A stretch of 64,000 bases of DNA, taken from positions 21,122 to 85,121 of the forward strand of contig DCGT01000022.1 of NCBI GenBank assembly GCA_002315315.1, read 5' to 3'. The DNA comes from Faecalibacterium sp. UBA1771 (GTDB taxonomy: Bacteria; Bacillota; Clostridia; Oscillospirales; Ruminococcaceae). Shown one piece after another: positions 23,850-33,707 of the stretch (position 1 is the stretch's first letter; each line of letters starts with the position of its first letter). Made by a program: the position numbers and the translations under genes. Below the pieces are notes generated by a model. That model was given only the letters and a program-made list of their open reading frames with translations, did not search any database and was not told the origin of the DNA.

Positions 23850-24743
23850 TTATTTTGTTTCGGACTCGGTCGGATTCAGATGTATCATAATATGCTTAAC
23901 ATCGGGGAAGTTCTTTTCCACTGCATCGTGTACCCGCTCGGCTACGGAATGAGATTCACGCAGAGTCTTGTCGCCGTCGACGCATATTTCAAGGTCAATG
24001 TAGCTCTTACTTCCGAACATTCTCGTATGCAGCAGATCAACTCGGACAACATCATCCTGCTTTTCTATAAATTCACGAAGCTGTTGCTCCTTTGCCTTGT
24101 CAATCGAGGTATCAAGCAGACTGCGAAGCGCAATTCTCATAATATCGTATGAAACCTTGAGAATAAACAGACAAATGACAACGCTTGCAATGCTGTCCAT
24201 AACGGGATATCCGAGCATAGCACCGCCGATACCTATAAGCGAGCCGATAGACGACAGTGCATCGGAGCGATGATGCCACGCATCTGCCATAAAAGCATTA
24301 GACCCGATTTTCTCGGCATAGTACCTTGTGTACCAGTACATACCCTCCTTACCGACTATCGATGCCACGGCGGCAATAAGCGCAATAAAACCGGGAACGG
24401 CAACCTCCGTATTGCGTAAAAGGATATGCTCTACCCCCGCCTTTCCTATTCCGAGACCGGTTACGGCAAGAATAAGTCCGAGCAGTAACGAAGCGGCACT
24501 CTCTATGCGTTCATGTCCGTAAGGGTGGTCGGCGTCAGCCTCCTTCTGTGAAATTTTTGTGCCGAAAAATGCAATTACCGTGGTTATAACGTCGGACAAA
24601 GAATGTACGGCGTCAGACAGCATTGCGCCTGAATTGCCTGCGATTCCCGCAAACAGCTTAAAGCCTGAAAGCACTACATTTCCGACAATGCTCATAAGCG
24701 ACAGCTTGCGTATTATTTTTCTCTCTTCTTTTGCGTAATCCAT
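23850..24743 (-). CDS. Cation diffusion facilitator (CDF) family metal efflux transporter
   Basis: HSLSDVITTV...DADHPYGHERIES, AWHHRSDALSS, and a C-terminal cytoplasmic domain. The start is set at MDYAKEE; the upstream in-frame extension lacks an RBS. Confidence 0.85.
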   Translation of the reverse strand: MDYAKEERKIIRKLSLMSIVGNVVLSGFKLFAGIAGNSGAMLSDAVHSLSDVITTVIAFFGTKISQKEADADHPYGHERIESAASLLLGLILAVTGLGIGKAGVEHILLRNTEVAVPGFIALIAAVASIVGKEGMYWYTRYYAEKIGSNAFMADAWHHRSDALSSIGSLIGIGGAMLGYPVMDSIASVVICLFILKVSYDIMRIALRSLLDTSIDKAKEQQLREFIEKQDDVVRVDLLHTRMFGSKSYIDLEICVDGDKTLRESHSVAERVHDAVEKNFPDVKHIMIHLNPTESETK

Positions 24744-24879
24744 AAAAATCTCCGAAAATATATAAAAACAAGCATCTGTGGTCGTTACCACAGATGCTAT
24801 CTGCTGCCTTTCGGCTGACAATTACTTATTATATTTTGAGTATATCATAATACTTTTCGTATGTCAAACTATTCTTTAT

Positions 24880-24931
24880 AAAAAACGAACAAGGCACTTC
24901 CGATTGCTGAAGTTCATCGGAAATGCCTTGT
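24880..24931 (-). terminator. Rho-independent terminator after potD
   Basis: A 16-bp stem (acaaggcacttccgat / atcggaaatgccttgt, one mismatch) is followed on the minus strand by UCGUUUUUU. Confidence 0.7.
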
Positions 24932-24980
24932 TGACTTATTACAGACGCGGTCAAAATCGGCTTCGGAATTTACCGCATAA

Positions 24981-26198
24981 TCAGTACTGCTGTTCCTTTT
25001 CACGCTTTTTGGCGCGGAAAACAAGAATGAGAATGGAAGCAAACACCGCAACAATCATAAACGCGGGCATAATCCACTCATTAGGGCTTTCGTTGTAGCT
25101 GAGAACATCGGTCCACAGCGACGACATAATGGTATTTGTCTCCTCGGGCAACGTATTGAAAACCTCTGTGTTAGCGATAATCTCATCATCGGGATAGGAA
25201 ATCGCACGGGTTTCGTCATCGAGATCGAGCATATCATACGCCTTGTCAATCGGTGTCGAATAACCGATATATTCTGCATTGGCGGCGGAAATCTCCGGCT
25301 CGCACATAAAGTTGATAAACAGCTCAGCCGCAGCCTTATTTTCACATCCCTTGGGAATTACAAACGGGTCGACAAAAAAGTTGCAGCCCTCCTTGGGAAA
25401 TACGAATGCAAGGTCGGGATTCTCTGAAATCATAGTCAGAGCGTCGCCGGCATAATAAGGTGCAACAGCCGCTTCTCCGCCCTCCATCTTGTTGAAAATT
25501 TCATCCATAACATAGGCTTGAACGAGCATTTTCTGATTTTTCAGCTCCTCGGCAGCCTCGGCAAGCTCCTCCTCGTCGGTGGTGTTAAGTGAATAGCCGA
25601 GCCTAAGCTCCGATATACCGAAGGCATCCCGCGGATTGTTAAACATAAGTATGCTTCCGAGGTATTTGGTATCCCACAGTGCATTCCACGAGTCGATTTC
25701 ATCATCGACCATAGTTGTGTTATAAACTATGCCGACCGTTCCCCACATATACGGAACCGAATATTCGTTGTTCGGGTCATATTCGAGTGACTTGTATTTA
25801 TCATTTACAAGCGCGAAGTTTGGAATATTGTCATAGTCGAGCTTTTCGAGCATATCCTCGTTTGCCATCTTGCCCACCATATAGTCGGAGGGTATTATGA
25901 CGTCGTACTGAGCGCCGCCGTTCTTGATTTTGGCATACATATCCTCGTTGCTCGCAAAGGTTGTATAATGAACGGATATTCCGGTAAGCTTCTCAAACTC
26001 GCGGATAACGTCTAACGAGTCATCTGAGCCGTCCGAGATATATTCACCCCAATTATAGACATTGAGCGTAATGTTGTCGTTTTCAAATCGCTTATAAAAG
26101 CTCTCGTCGGTTTCAAGCTCAAGAGCCGAGCTGACAGGCAAAATAAAGGCAAATAAAACGGCAAACGCAAGAATGGTTACAGCTACCTTTTTCATCAT
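24981..26198 (-). CDS. potD: Spermidine/putrescine ABC transporter substrate-binding protein
   Basis: Signal peptide and PotD-like sequence (NVYNWGEYI, YDVIIPSDYM, VPYMWGTVGI). Last gene of the potABCD order. Confidence 0.85.
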   Translation of the reverse strand: MMKKVAVTILAFAVLFAFILPVSSALELETDESFYKRFENDNITLNVYNWGEYISDGSDDSLDVIREFEKLTGISVHYTTFASNEDMYAKIKNGGAQYDVIIPSDYMVGKMANEDMLEKLDYDNIPNFALVNDKYKSLEYDPNNEYSVPYMWGTVGIVYNTTMVDDEIDSWNALWDTKYLGSILMFNNPRDAFGISELRLGYSLNTTDEEELAEAAEELKNQKMLVQAYVMDEIFNKMEGGEAAVAPYYAGDALTMISENPDLAFVFPKEGCNFFVDPFVIPKGCENKAAAELFINFMCEPEISAANAEYIGYSTPIDKAYDMLDLDDETRAISYPDDEIIANTEVFNTLPEETNTIMSSLWTDVLSYNESPNEWIMPAFMIVAVFASILILVFRAKKREKEQQY

Positions 26199-27016
26199 CT
26201 TTCCTCCCTGCCGTGGCTGATTGCGTGTATATCCCTCGCGTTCATAATAACGAGAATGGTCATTACAACGACGAAAATGATGCAGGAAAGTGCGTTAATC
26301 TCAGGGCTTACCTTACGGCGTGTCATGGAATAAATCGCAAGTGACAGCGTTTGAGAGGTGCCCGAGGTGAAATAGCTGATTACGAAGTCGTCAATCGAGT
26401 ATGTCAGAGCCATCAAAAATCCCGTTACGATGCCGGGCATTATTTCGGGCACCACAACCTTGAAAAAAGCCTGTGTGCGGTTACAGCCGAGGTCAAGTGC
26501 CGCCTCGTACATATTCTGCGACATCTGACGAAGCTTGGGGTTGACCGACAGAATAACATACGGAATGTCAAATGTTATGTGTGACAGAATCAGTGTTCCT
26601 ACACCAAGCTCAAACTGCGCACCGACATTTGACAGAATAGTTCTGAAAACGATGAACAGAAGCAGCATCGAGATACCGGTTACTATTTCGGGATTGATGA
26701 CCGGCATATATGTGATGTTCATAATTACGAACTTCGGCCATTTTCTCATACTGTATATTCCGACCGATGCGAGCGTGCCGAGAATTGTGGAAACGACCGA
26801 CGCCACCAGCGCGACAATGAGCGAAACACCCAAAGCCTTGAGTATCATTTCGTTGTGGAAAAGCTGACGGTACCAATCGAGCGTAAATCCTGTGAATATG
26901 TTGCGGCTCTTTGATTTATTGAACGAGAAGAAAATCAAAACGAAAATCGGCAGATAGAGAAACAGAAAGATAAATGCAATATACCATTTTGAGGACCTTT
27001 TAAGCCGTGAATTCAT
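26195..27016 (-). CDS. potC: Spermidine/putrescine ABC transporter permease
   Basis: Six-TM permease with the EAA-type loop (YEAALDLGCNRTQAFFKVVVP). Start and stop overlap the neighbouring genes. Confidence 0.85.
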   Translation of the reverse strand: MNSRLKRSSKWYIAFIFLFLYLPIFVLIFFSFNKSKSRNIFTGFTLDWYRQLFHNEMILKALGVSLIVALVASVVSTILGTLASVGIYSMRKWPKFVIMNITYMPVINPEIVTGISMLLLFIVFRTILSNVGAQFELGVGTLILSHITFDIPYVILSVNPKLRQMSQNMYEAALDLGCNRTQAFFKVVVPEIMPGIVTGFLMALTYSIDDFVISYFTSGTSQTLSLAIYSMTRRKVSPEINALSCIIFVVVMTILVIMNARDIHAISHGREER

Positions 27017-27837
27017 ACCAGCATATCCCCCATTTCTTCATCATCAATACTACCGGCAATGCTCATACACAGCAGAACAATTACCATAAGCACGAGCGAC
27101 ATCGCCGAGCCGAGATGCGGGTTATAGGACGAACCGAGGAACTGCATCTCAATAAGGTCACCGATAAGCAGATTTCCGCCTCCGCCGAGCATTCTTGAAA
27201 TGATAAATGTACTGATTGACGGCACAAAAACCATTGTGATGCCGGTTGAAATACCGGGCACCGACAGCGGTATAAGCACTCTTGTAACGATATTTGCCGA
27301 ATTTGCGCCCAAATCCTGCGCCGCTTCGACAAGCGAATTGTCGATTTTGGTCATAACGGAATAAAGCGGCAGAATCATAAACGGAAGGTAGTTATAGACC
27401 ATTCCGAGCACAACGGCGCCCTGCGTATTGATAAGCTGAAACGGTCCGATACCGATGAGTCCCAAAAGCTTGTTGATAAGACCGTTATTTTCAAGCAGCG
27501 ACATCCATGCGTAGGTGCGAAGCAAAAAGTTCATCCACATCGGGAGCATTACGAGCATAAGCATAAAAGACTGAACCTGCTCATGCATACGGGAAATAAT
27601 ATATGCAATGGGGAATGCCAGAACAAGGCAGATGACGGTTGCTATCATAGCAAGCCATATCGAGCGGGCAAAGACAGGTGCGTACTGTCCCATACCGGAA
27701 AGGTTTGCAATGGTGAAGTGCCCCTCGGCATCGGTAAGTGCATAATAGCCTACCAGTATAAGAGGTACAACGATAAATATTACCATCCATACAAGATAAG
27801 GGACGGCGGCAACCTTAGTCTTGAACAATGTCGGCAC
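27013..27837 (-). CDS. potB: Spermidine/putrescine ABC transporter permease
   Basis: Permease with EAAQDLGANSANIVTRVLIP. Confidence 0.85.
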   Translation of the reverse strand: MPTLFKTKVAAVPYLVWMVIFIVVPLILVGYYALTDAEGHFTIANLSGMGQYAPVFARSIWLAMIATVICLVLAFPIAYIISRMHEQVQSFMLMLVMLPMWMNFLLRTYAWMSLLENNGLINKLLGLIGIGPFQLINTQGAVVLGMVYNYLPFMILPLYSVMTKIDNSLVEAAQDLGANSANIVTRVLIPLSVPGISTGITMVFVPSISTFIISRMLGGGGNLLIGDLIEMQFLGSSYNPHLGSAMSLVLMVIVLLCMSIAGSIDDEEMGDMLV

Positions 27838-28873
27838 CCCTTTTCATGATATGTATCTCGTTGGGACCTATTGTCATACCGACAACCGTGCCGAGCGGCT
27901 CAAACGATGTCGAGCGCACACGCCATTCATAGCCTGCCTGCTCAACTACCATTTCATAGTGAACACCCTTAAAAACAACATTTTTAACAACACCCGTAAG
28001 CTGTCCGTTAACGGCAGGAACGAGCTTGATATCCTCGGGGCGCACAACAACGTCGACAAACTCATCCTTATCAAAGCCTGAGTCGACACAGGTAAACTTC
28101 TCGCCGGCAAACTCGACATAAAAATCGGAATGCATTATGCCCTTGATTAAATTGCTCTCGCCGATAAAATCTGCGACAAATGCGTTGCTCGGCTCGTTGT
28201 AGATATCCTGAGGCGTACCTATCTGCTGAATCTGGCCCTTGTTCATTACCACGACGGTGTCCGACATGGTGAGGGCTTCCTCCTGGTCATGTGTTACATA
28301 GATAAATGTGATGTTAAGGCGCTGTTGAATCGCTTTTAACTCGGTCTGCATCTCCTTACGAAGCTTGAGGTCAAGCGCTCCGAGCGGCTCATCGAGCAAG
28401 AGAACGCGGGGCTTGTTGACAAGCGCCCTCGCAATGGCGACACGCTGCTGCTGTCCGCCCGACATACGGGCAACCTTTCTCGACTCAAAGCCCTCGAGGT
28501 TGACCAGCTTGAGCATCTCGTTTACGCTGTCCTTTATTTCGTTTTCGGGAAGCTTTTTGATTCTCAGCCCGAACGCAATGTTGTCAAAAACATTCAAGTG
28601 CGGGAAAAGTGCATAGCGCTGAAATACGGTGTTTACTTCTCGCTTGTAGGGAGGCAGTGCCGTAATATCTTTTCCACCAAAAAAGACCCTGCCGCCATCA
28701 GGATATAAAAATCCTCCGATGACACGTAGAGTTGTGGTTTTTCCGCATCCCGACGGTCCGAGCAGAGTAACGAATTCTCTGTCGTGAATGTCGAGGCAGA
28801 AGTTGTTGAGCACCTCCTCTCCTTCAAATGCTACATTGATGTTCTCGAGGCGCACAATAACATTATTTTCCAT
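27815..28873 (-). CDS. potA: Spermidine/putrescine ABC transporter ATP-binding protein
   Basis: Walker A GPSGCGKTT, signature MSGGQQQRVAIARAL, Walker B LLLDEP, and a C-terminal TOBE-like domain. Confidence 0.9.
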   Translation of the reverse strand: MENNVIVRLENINVAFEGEEVLNNFCLDIHDREFVTLLGPSGCGKTTTLRVIGGFLYPDGGRVFFGGKDITALPPYKREVNTVFQRYALFPHLNVFDNIAFGLRIKKLPENEIKDSVNEMLKLVNLEGFESRKVARMSGGQQQRVAIARALVNKPRVLLLDEPLGALDLKLRKEMQTELKAIQQRLNITFIYVTHDQEEALTMSDTVVVMNKGQIQQIGTPQDIYNEPSNAFVADFIGESNLIKGIMHSDFYVEFAGEKFTCVDSGFDKDEFVDVVVRPEDIKLVPAVNGQLTGVVKNVVFKGVHYEMVVEQAGYEWRVRSTSFEPLGTVVGMTIGPNEIHIMKRGADIVQD

Positions 28874-29040
28874 TTTTACCCCTTTGCGGTCGCGGTGTTC
28901 CTTTTCACCGCTTTAAAATAAATTCCGCCTTATGACGGTCGACATCGGGCGGATACCCCGCAAAAGGTTTGTTACACCGCCGTATTCGGCGGTTACAGCG
29001 TCCGTTCCGGTGTCGGGTTTCTTACTGTCGTAATATGTAT

Positions 29041-29069
29041 AATATAAAATAATGCACGATTTATGTCAA
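29041..29069 (-). promoter_or_regulatory. Near-consensus sigma-A promoter of the pot operon
   Basis: The minus strand reads TTGACA-17 nt-TATATT. This implies a ~160-nt 5' leader before potA. Confidence 0.55.
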
Positions 29070-29104
29070 CAACAATAAACCGTGCAATTTTCGATATTTT
29101 TTGT

Positions 29105-29665
29105 TCAATATTTTAATAGAATACCTATCGCGGCACCTGCGGCGATATATACAATGGGGTGAAGCTTGAATTTTTTTATTGCAAAATATGCGACAACAAA
29201 CAATATTAAATATTTCAGATCACTTGTGAGCGAAACTGCGGTACCGCTGAGCGAAACATTTGACAAAAAAACCTTGTATGAAAGCTGAATACACGCCGCG
29301 GCAATCAATCCGGTAACAGCGGGACGCAAACCGTAAAATGCATTCTGAACAAGCGGCTTTTTGTAATAAATCTGAAGCAGCTTGCTGACTGCGAGTATTA
29401 TGAGCAGCGACGGGAACATAAAACCGAGCGTAGCCAAAATTCCACCCGGTATTCCGGCAGCATTGTATCCGGCAAAGGTCGCGGCATTGACGGCTATCGG
29501 ACCCGGGGTGCTCTCGGCAACGGCTATCATATCGGTGATTTGGTCGGTGGTAAACCAATCGTATTTACCGCACAGCTCATAAAGGTACGGTAGCGAAGCA
29601 AGACCGCCGCCGATTGTGAAAAAACCGATTTTACAGAATTCGAGGAAAAGCTTCAGATAAATCAT
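29105..29665 (-). CDS. Chromate transporter (CHR) family protein, half-size
   Basis: FTIGGGLASLPYL...W and PGPIAVNAATFAGY are typical CHR motifs. Confidence 0.8.
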   Translation of the reverse strand: MIYLKLFLEFCKIGFFTIGGGLASLPYLYELCGKYDWFTTDQITDMIAVAESTPGPIAVNAATFAGYNAAGIPGGILATLGFMFPSLLIILAVSKLLQIYYKKPLVQNAFYGLRPAVTGLIAAACIQLSYKVFLSNVSLSGTAVSLTSDLKYLILFVVAYFAIKKFKLHPIVYIAAGAAIGILLKY

Positions 29666-30252
29666 TTGTTTTCCTCCTTTGCTTTATCGGACGGTTTATT
29701 TGCAATTTTAGCCTTGATAAGTCCCGATGCTATTCCTATACAGGCAGCAACAATAATATAGATAAACGGTGTAATGTCGAGCACGACGCACATAACGGTG
29801 ACGGCGACAAAGATTATTTTCGTCATCGTATCAATCGCACTCGACTTGTAAAATTTAACTACCGAGCTGAGTATAAGCGCACAAACAACAACCGAAATCC
29901 CGGCAAATGCCGACTCGATTATCGCATTGCCCCATACTGCCTGCAAAAGAGCTGCAATGACCGAAATAATGATAACCGACGGTGTTACCGCTCCAAGCGC
30001 GGCACATATACCGCCGAACGCTCCCTTTTTGCGAAAACCGACCTGAGCCGCGGTATTGATGGCGATAGCGCCCGGCAGACATTGTGAAACGGCATAGATA
30101 TCCAAAACCTCCGGCATCGTACACCAGCCGCGGCGATTAACTATTTCTCGCTCTATCATCGGCATCATGGCATACCCGCCGCCGAAGGTCAAAGCGCCGA
30201 CTTTAAAAAATGAGACAAAGAGTTGAAACAACATTTTAAAACCTTCAATCAA
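29662..30252 (-). CDS. Chromate transporter (CHR) family protein, half-size
   Basis: LTFGGGYAMMPMIEREIVNRRGW and LPGAIAINTAA. Paired with 29105..29665. Confidence 0.8.
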   Translation of the reverse strand: MIEGFKMLFQLFVSFFKVGALTFGGGYAMMPMIEREIVNRRGWCTMPEVLDIYAVSQCLPGAIAINTAAQVGFRKKGAFGGICAALGAVTPSVIIISVIAALLQAVWGNAIIESAFAGISVVVCALILSSVVKFYKSSAIDTMTKIIFVAVTVMCVVLDITPFIYIIVAACIGIASGLIKAKIANKPSDKAKEENK

Positions 30253-30290
30253 ATTTAAATCAAATAATAAATTAATAACATTATTGTATT

Positions 30291-32117
30291 TTATGCATCA
30301 TAGCTTACGGCATTCTCACCGAAATTGCGGCTGTAAAACGGGTCACATCCGTCGGGAGGATAATACTTCTTCCACTTTTCCACAAGAATTGCCTTCTCGC
30401 GTTCCATTCGTTCCTTCTTTTCACCCTTATTGTCGTAGCCTCTCGACAGCGATTCGTGGTGGTAACATTCACAGACGGGATTGAAAACGATATAATAACC
30501 TTTTTCTCGTAGCTTTAAGCATAAATCGACATCGTTGAACGAAACTGCGAGCGTTTCATCAAATCCGCCCACCTCCTCAAAGGTATCACGGCGCACCATA
30601 AGACAGGCGGCGGTACAGGCGGACATATCGGAAACAATGGCAAGTCGGTCGAGGTATCCGTCATTGTCTCTCGGGAACAGCGGGCACAGATTGGCGGCAG
30701 AGCCTCCGACACCGACCGCGATTCCTCCATGCTGAACGGTATCGTTAGGGTAAAGAAGCTTAACTCCGCAGGCGGCGACATCACTCCGCTGAGTGAACAT
30801 AACCATTTCTTCAAGCCAATTGGGAGTAATAACCTCGATATCATTGTTGAGGAACAAAAGCTGCTCTCCGTGAGCGAATTTTACGGCATAATTGTTGATT
30901 GCCGAGAAATTGAAAGCGCCGTCCCAAAAAACGATGCTTATCTTTTCATCGCTTTTGAGTGTTTCATAGTAGTCAAAGGTTTCCTTCTGCCTGCTGTTGT
31001 TCTCGACTACCAGAATTTCGTAGTTCCCGTATGTAGTTTTCTCTTTTATAGAATCAATGCACCTTTTCAGCACATCGGCGTGGTCACAGGTTGGAATAAT
31101 TATCGAAATAAGAGGATTGTTCTCTATTTCATATTCGACATGGAGCATAGGAACGGCTCTTGAAAACTCTACCCGTCCCTTTAAGCCGACGCGTTCAAGA
31201 TGAGCCTCGACCGAACGCTTGGCGGCATCAAGTGCATAGGGCTTGGCACCGATACCCGAGGCAACCGAGCCGGCGTGTACGCGCCAGAAATACAGCGGAA
31301 TATCGATATGCTCGATTCTCTCCGCCTGTTCTGTTACACGCAAAGTAAAGTCATAGTCCTGACTGCCGTCGTACTCATGACGATAAAGACCAACCTTATC
31401 GAGAAGCGTGCGTTTAATAACCGACAGGTGACATATATAGTTACAGCATCTTAAAAAGTCGGGTGAAAAACAAGGCTTAAAATGTATCGAATTGCTGTCA
31501 CTCGGAGTATTATTGAAAATTGCCTCATCGGAATAGAGGAAATCGGCACCCGTTTCGTTTATTCGCTCAACAACGGTATACAGTGCGCGGTGACTGAGCA
31601 GATCGTCGTGATCGACAAGCGCAATATAGTTTCCACTCGAAAGTAATATTGCCGCGTTTGTGTTCTCGGCTATACCCTTGTTCTCGTCCAGCTTTTTGTA
31701 GATAATCCTGCTGTCCGACGCCGCCAATCCTCTGACATACTCACCGACATCGGTATGAGCACCGTCACTCCCATCAGCAAGGCAAACCTCATAGTTCCCG
31801 TAGGACTGCTTTGCAATCGAGTTAAACAGTTCTTTAAGGAAACGCATCGGAGTATTATAAAGCGGAATAATAATGCTGATTTTCGGCGAATAATCAAAGA
31901 CGCGGCTTGACTGCTGCTGTCTTTCCTCATCGGTAAGATAAAAACCTTTTCGAAGCTTGGAATATATTTTATAGCGCCGAATGACATATTTTATCGCAAA
32001 CAGCGTCTTATCAAGTCCCTCATCACGGAGCATTCTGAAAGTTTTATAGGTCATCTCAAACAGCTTGTTCGACATAGCCCAGCTTGGTATAGGGTTAGAG
32101 CCCTGCATCGTCATCAT
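30291..32117 (-). CDS. Glycosyltransferase with two GT2 domains (608 aa)
   Basis: Two copies of the GT2 start motif (ISIIIPLYNTPMRFLKELFNSI...; ISIIIPTCDHADVLKRCIDSI...) plus DxD-type motifs (VDHDD, NNDIE). Confidence 0.8.
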   Translation of the reverse strand: MMTMQGSNPIPSWAMSNKLFEMTYKTFRMLRDEGLDKTLFAIKYVIRRYKIYSKLRKGFYLTDEERQQQSSRVFDYSPKISIIIPLYNTPMRFLKELFNSIAKQSYGNYEVCLADGSDGAHTDVGEYVRGLAASDSRIIYKKLDENKGIAENTNAAILLSSGNYIALVDHDDLLSHRALYTVVERINETGADFLYSDEAIFNNTPSDSNSIHFKPCFSPDFLRCCNYICHLSVIKRTLLDKVGLYRHEYDGSQDYDFTLRVTEQAERIEHIDIPLYFWRVHAGSVASGIGAKPYALDAAKRSVEAHLERVGLKGRVEFSRAVPMLHVEYEIENNPLISIIIPTCDHADVLKRCIDSIKEKTTYGNYEILVVENNSRQKETFDYYETLKSDEKISIVFWDGAFNFSAINNYAVKFAHGEQLLFLNNDIEVITPNWLEEMVMFTQRSDVAACGVKLLYPNDTVQHGGIAVGVGGSAANLCPLFPRDNDGYLDRLAIVSDMSACTAACLMVRRDTFEEVGGFDETLAVSFNDVDLCLKLREKGYYIVFNPVCECYHHESLSRGYDNKGEKKERMEREKAILVEKWKKYYPPDGCDPFYSRNFGENAVSYDA

Positions 32118-32180
32118 CCTTTCATTGTCAGTTGTATATTACCATATTTTACGAAGCAAGACAACCCGAACGAATATAAA

Positions 32181-32220
32181 ATACCGCCCCGCTCGGCTTT
32201 CATTCCGTTTGAGGCGGTAT
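32181..32220 (-). terminator. Possible terminator after spoIVA
   Basis: An 8-bp outer stem ataccgcc/ggcggtat with a structured 24-nt loop is followed on the minus strand by UUUUAUAUU. Confidence 0.4.
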
Positions 32221-32223
32221 ATT

Positions 32224-33696
32224 TTACAGAATCAGACAAAGCAGACCGTTACAGCCGTCGTTGATAATTCTCTCAAGCGTCTGCTGCAGCTTCGTTCGTG
32301 CTTCCGGAGGCATAAGGTATAGCTTATTCTGCAAGCCCTCATTTACCAAATCGTTGAGCGACTTACCGAAAATATCAGATTGCCACAGCTTAACGGGGTC
32401 ATCTTCAAATTCCTTCATCAGATAATCCATTAGCTCACGGGACTGACGCTCTGAGCCGACTATGGGATTCACGGTAGTAGTGATATCGGCGCGCATAAGA
32501 TGTATTGACGGTGCCGATGCTCTGAGCTTTACTCCGAATCTTCCGCCCTGCCGTATAATTTCAGGTTCCTCAAGAGTAAGCTCATCGCCGGTCGGCATTA
32601 CTATTCCGTATCCTGTCGCATCGACCTCGTCAAGTGCCTTTTTTATACGGCGATACTCGTTGCGAATTTTGACCAGCTCGGCTACGCACGGCAATAGCGA
32701 CGATTCATCGACAAAATCAAGTCCCGTCACCTCTCCTATCACCTTGAAGAACAGCTCGGGCAACAGCGCAACCGATACCGATGCCGTTCCGCTGCCGAGA
32801 TCGGCATTTTTTCTTTCCGCCGACTGTACAAATTCGTTTGCGGAAATACGGTCAAGTTCTCCTGACGTATCACTCACCCTCTTAACCGAAGCGGCATATT
32901 CCGCAAGTGAAGCATATACGGATTCCTTCAGACCGTGACCGTCAGGAAGCGTATTAATCCATTTCGGAAGCTCGATATATATTTTTGAAATCGGAAACTC
33001 CTCGGTAACTGCGGTGAGAATGTCTGCTATTTGGCTTTCATCCATCGTGAGACAGTTTACCGGCAGAACGGGTACCTCATATCGCAGCGACAGCTCCTTT
33101 GCCAGTGCCTTGCTGTCCTTGCTGTCGGAGTTTACACAGTTAAGCAGTACCGCGAACGGCTTACCGAGCGCCTTCAGCTCGTCTATTACCCTCTTTTCCG
33201 CTTGCTCGTACTGTCGACGCGGTATGTTGCTTATTGAGCCGTCGGTCGTTACAACGATACCCACGGTAGAGTGCTCCTCAATAACCTTTTTAGTACCCGT
33301 TTCGGCGGCAACATCAAAAGCAACCGGTTCCTCATACCACGGCGATACAACCATTCTCGGCTGTTCGTCCTCGATATGACCGAGTGCACCGTCCACTATA
33401 TATCCCACGCAGTCGATAAGCCGCACCCTCATTCCGACTCCGTCCTCGGTCACTATGTTCACAGCCTGCTCCGGAATAAATTTAGGCTCGTTTGTCATTA
33501 TCGTTTTGCCCGATGCCGATTGCGGAAGCTCATCGGTGGCACGCTCACGACGAAGTTCCTCCTTGATGTTGGGCAGAACAAGTGACTGCATAAATCGCTT
33601 GATAAACGTTGATTTACCAGTTCTGACCGGACCGACAACTCCGATATAAATTTCACCCGATGTGCGTGCGGCAATGTCCTTGTAAATGTTACTCAT
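32224..33696 (-). CDS. spoIVA: Stage IV sporulation protein A (coat basement-layer ATPase)
   Basis: MSNIYKDIAARTSGEIYIGVVGPVRTGKSTFIKRFM (Walker A) and full-length colinearity with SpoIVA. Confidence 0.9.
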   Translation of the reverse strand: MSNIYKDIAARTSGEIYIGVVGPVRTGKSTFIKRFMQSLVLPNIKEELRRERATDELPQSASGKTIMTNEPKFIPEQAVNIVTEDGVGMRVRLIDCVGYIVDGALGHIEDEQPRMVVSPWYEEPVAFDVAAETGTKKVIEEHSTVGIVVTTDGSISNIPRRQYEQAEKRVIDELKALGKPFAVLLNCVNSDSKDSKALAKELSLRYEVPVLPVNCLTMDESQIADILTAVTEEFPISKIYIELPKWINTLPDGHGLKESVYASLAEYAASVKRVSDTSGELDRISANEFVQSAERKNADLGSGTASVSVALLPELFFKVIGEVTGLDFVDESSLLPCVAELVKIRNEYRRIKKALDEVDATGYGIVMPTGDELTLEEPEIIRQGGRFGVKLRASAPSIHLMRADITTTVNPIVGSERQSRELMDYLMKEFEDDPVKLWQSDIFGKSLNDLVNEGLQNKLYLMPPEARTKLQQTLERIINDGCNGLLCLIL

Positions 33697-33707
33697 AGTT
33701 CACCTCT

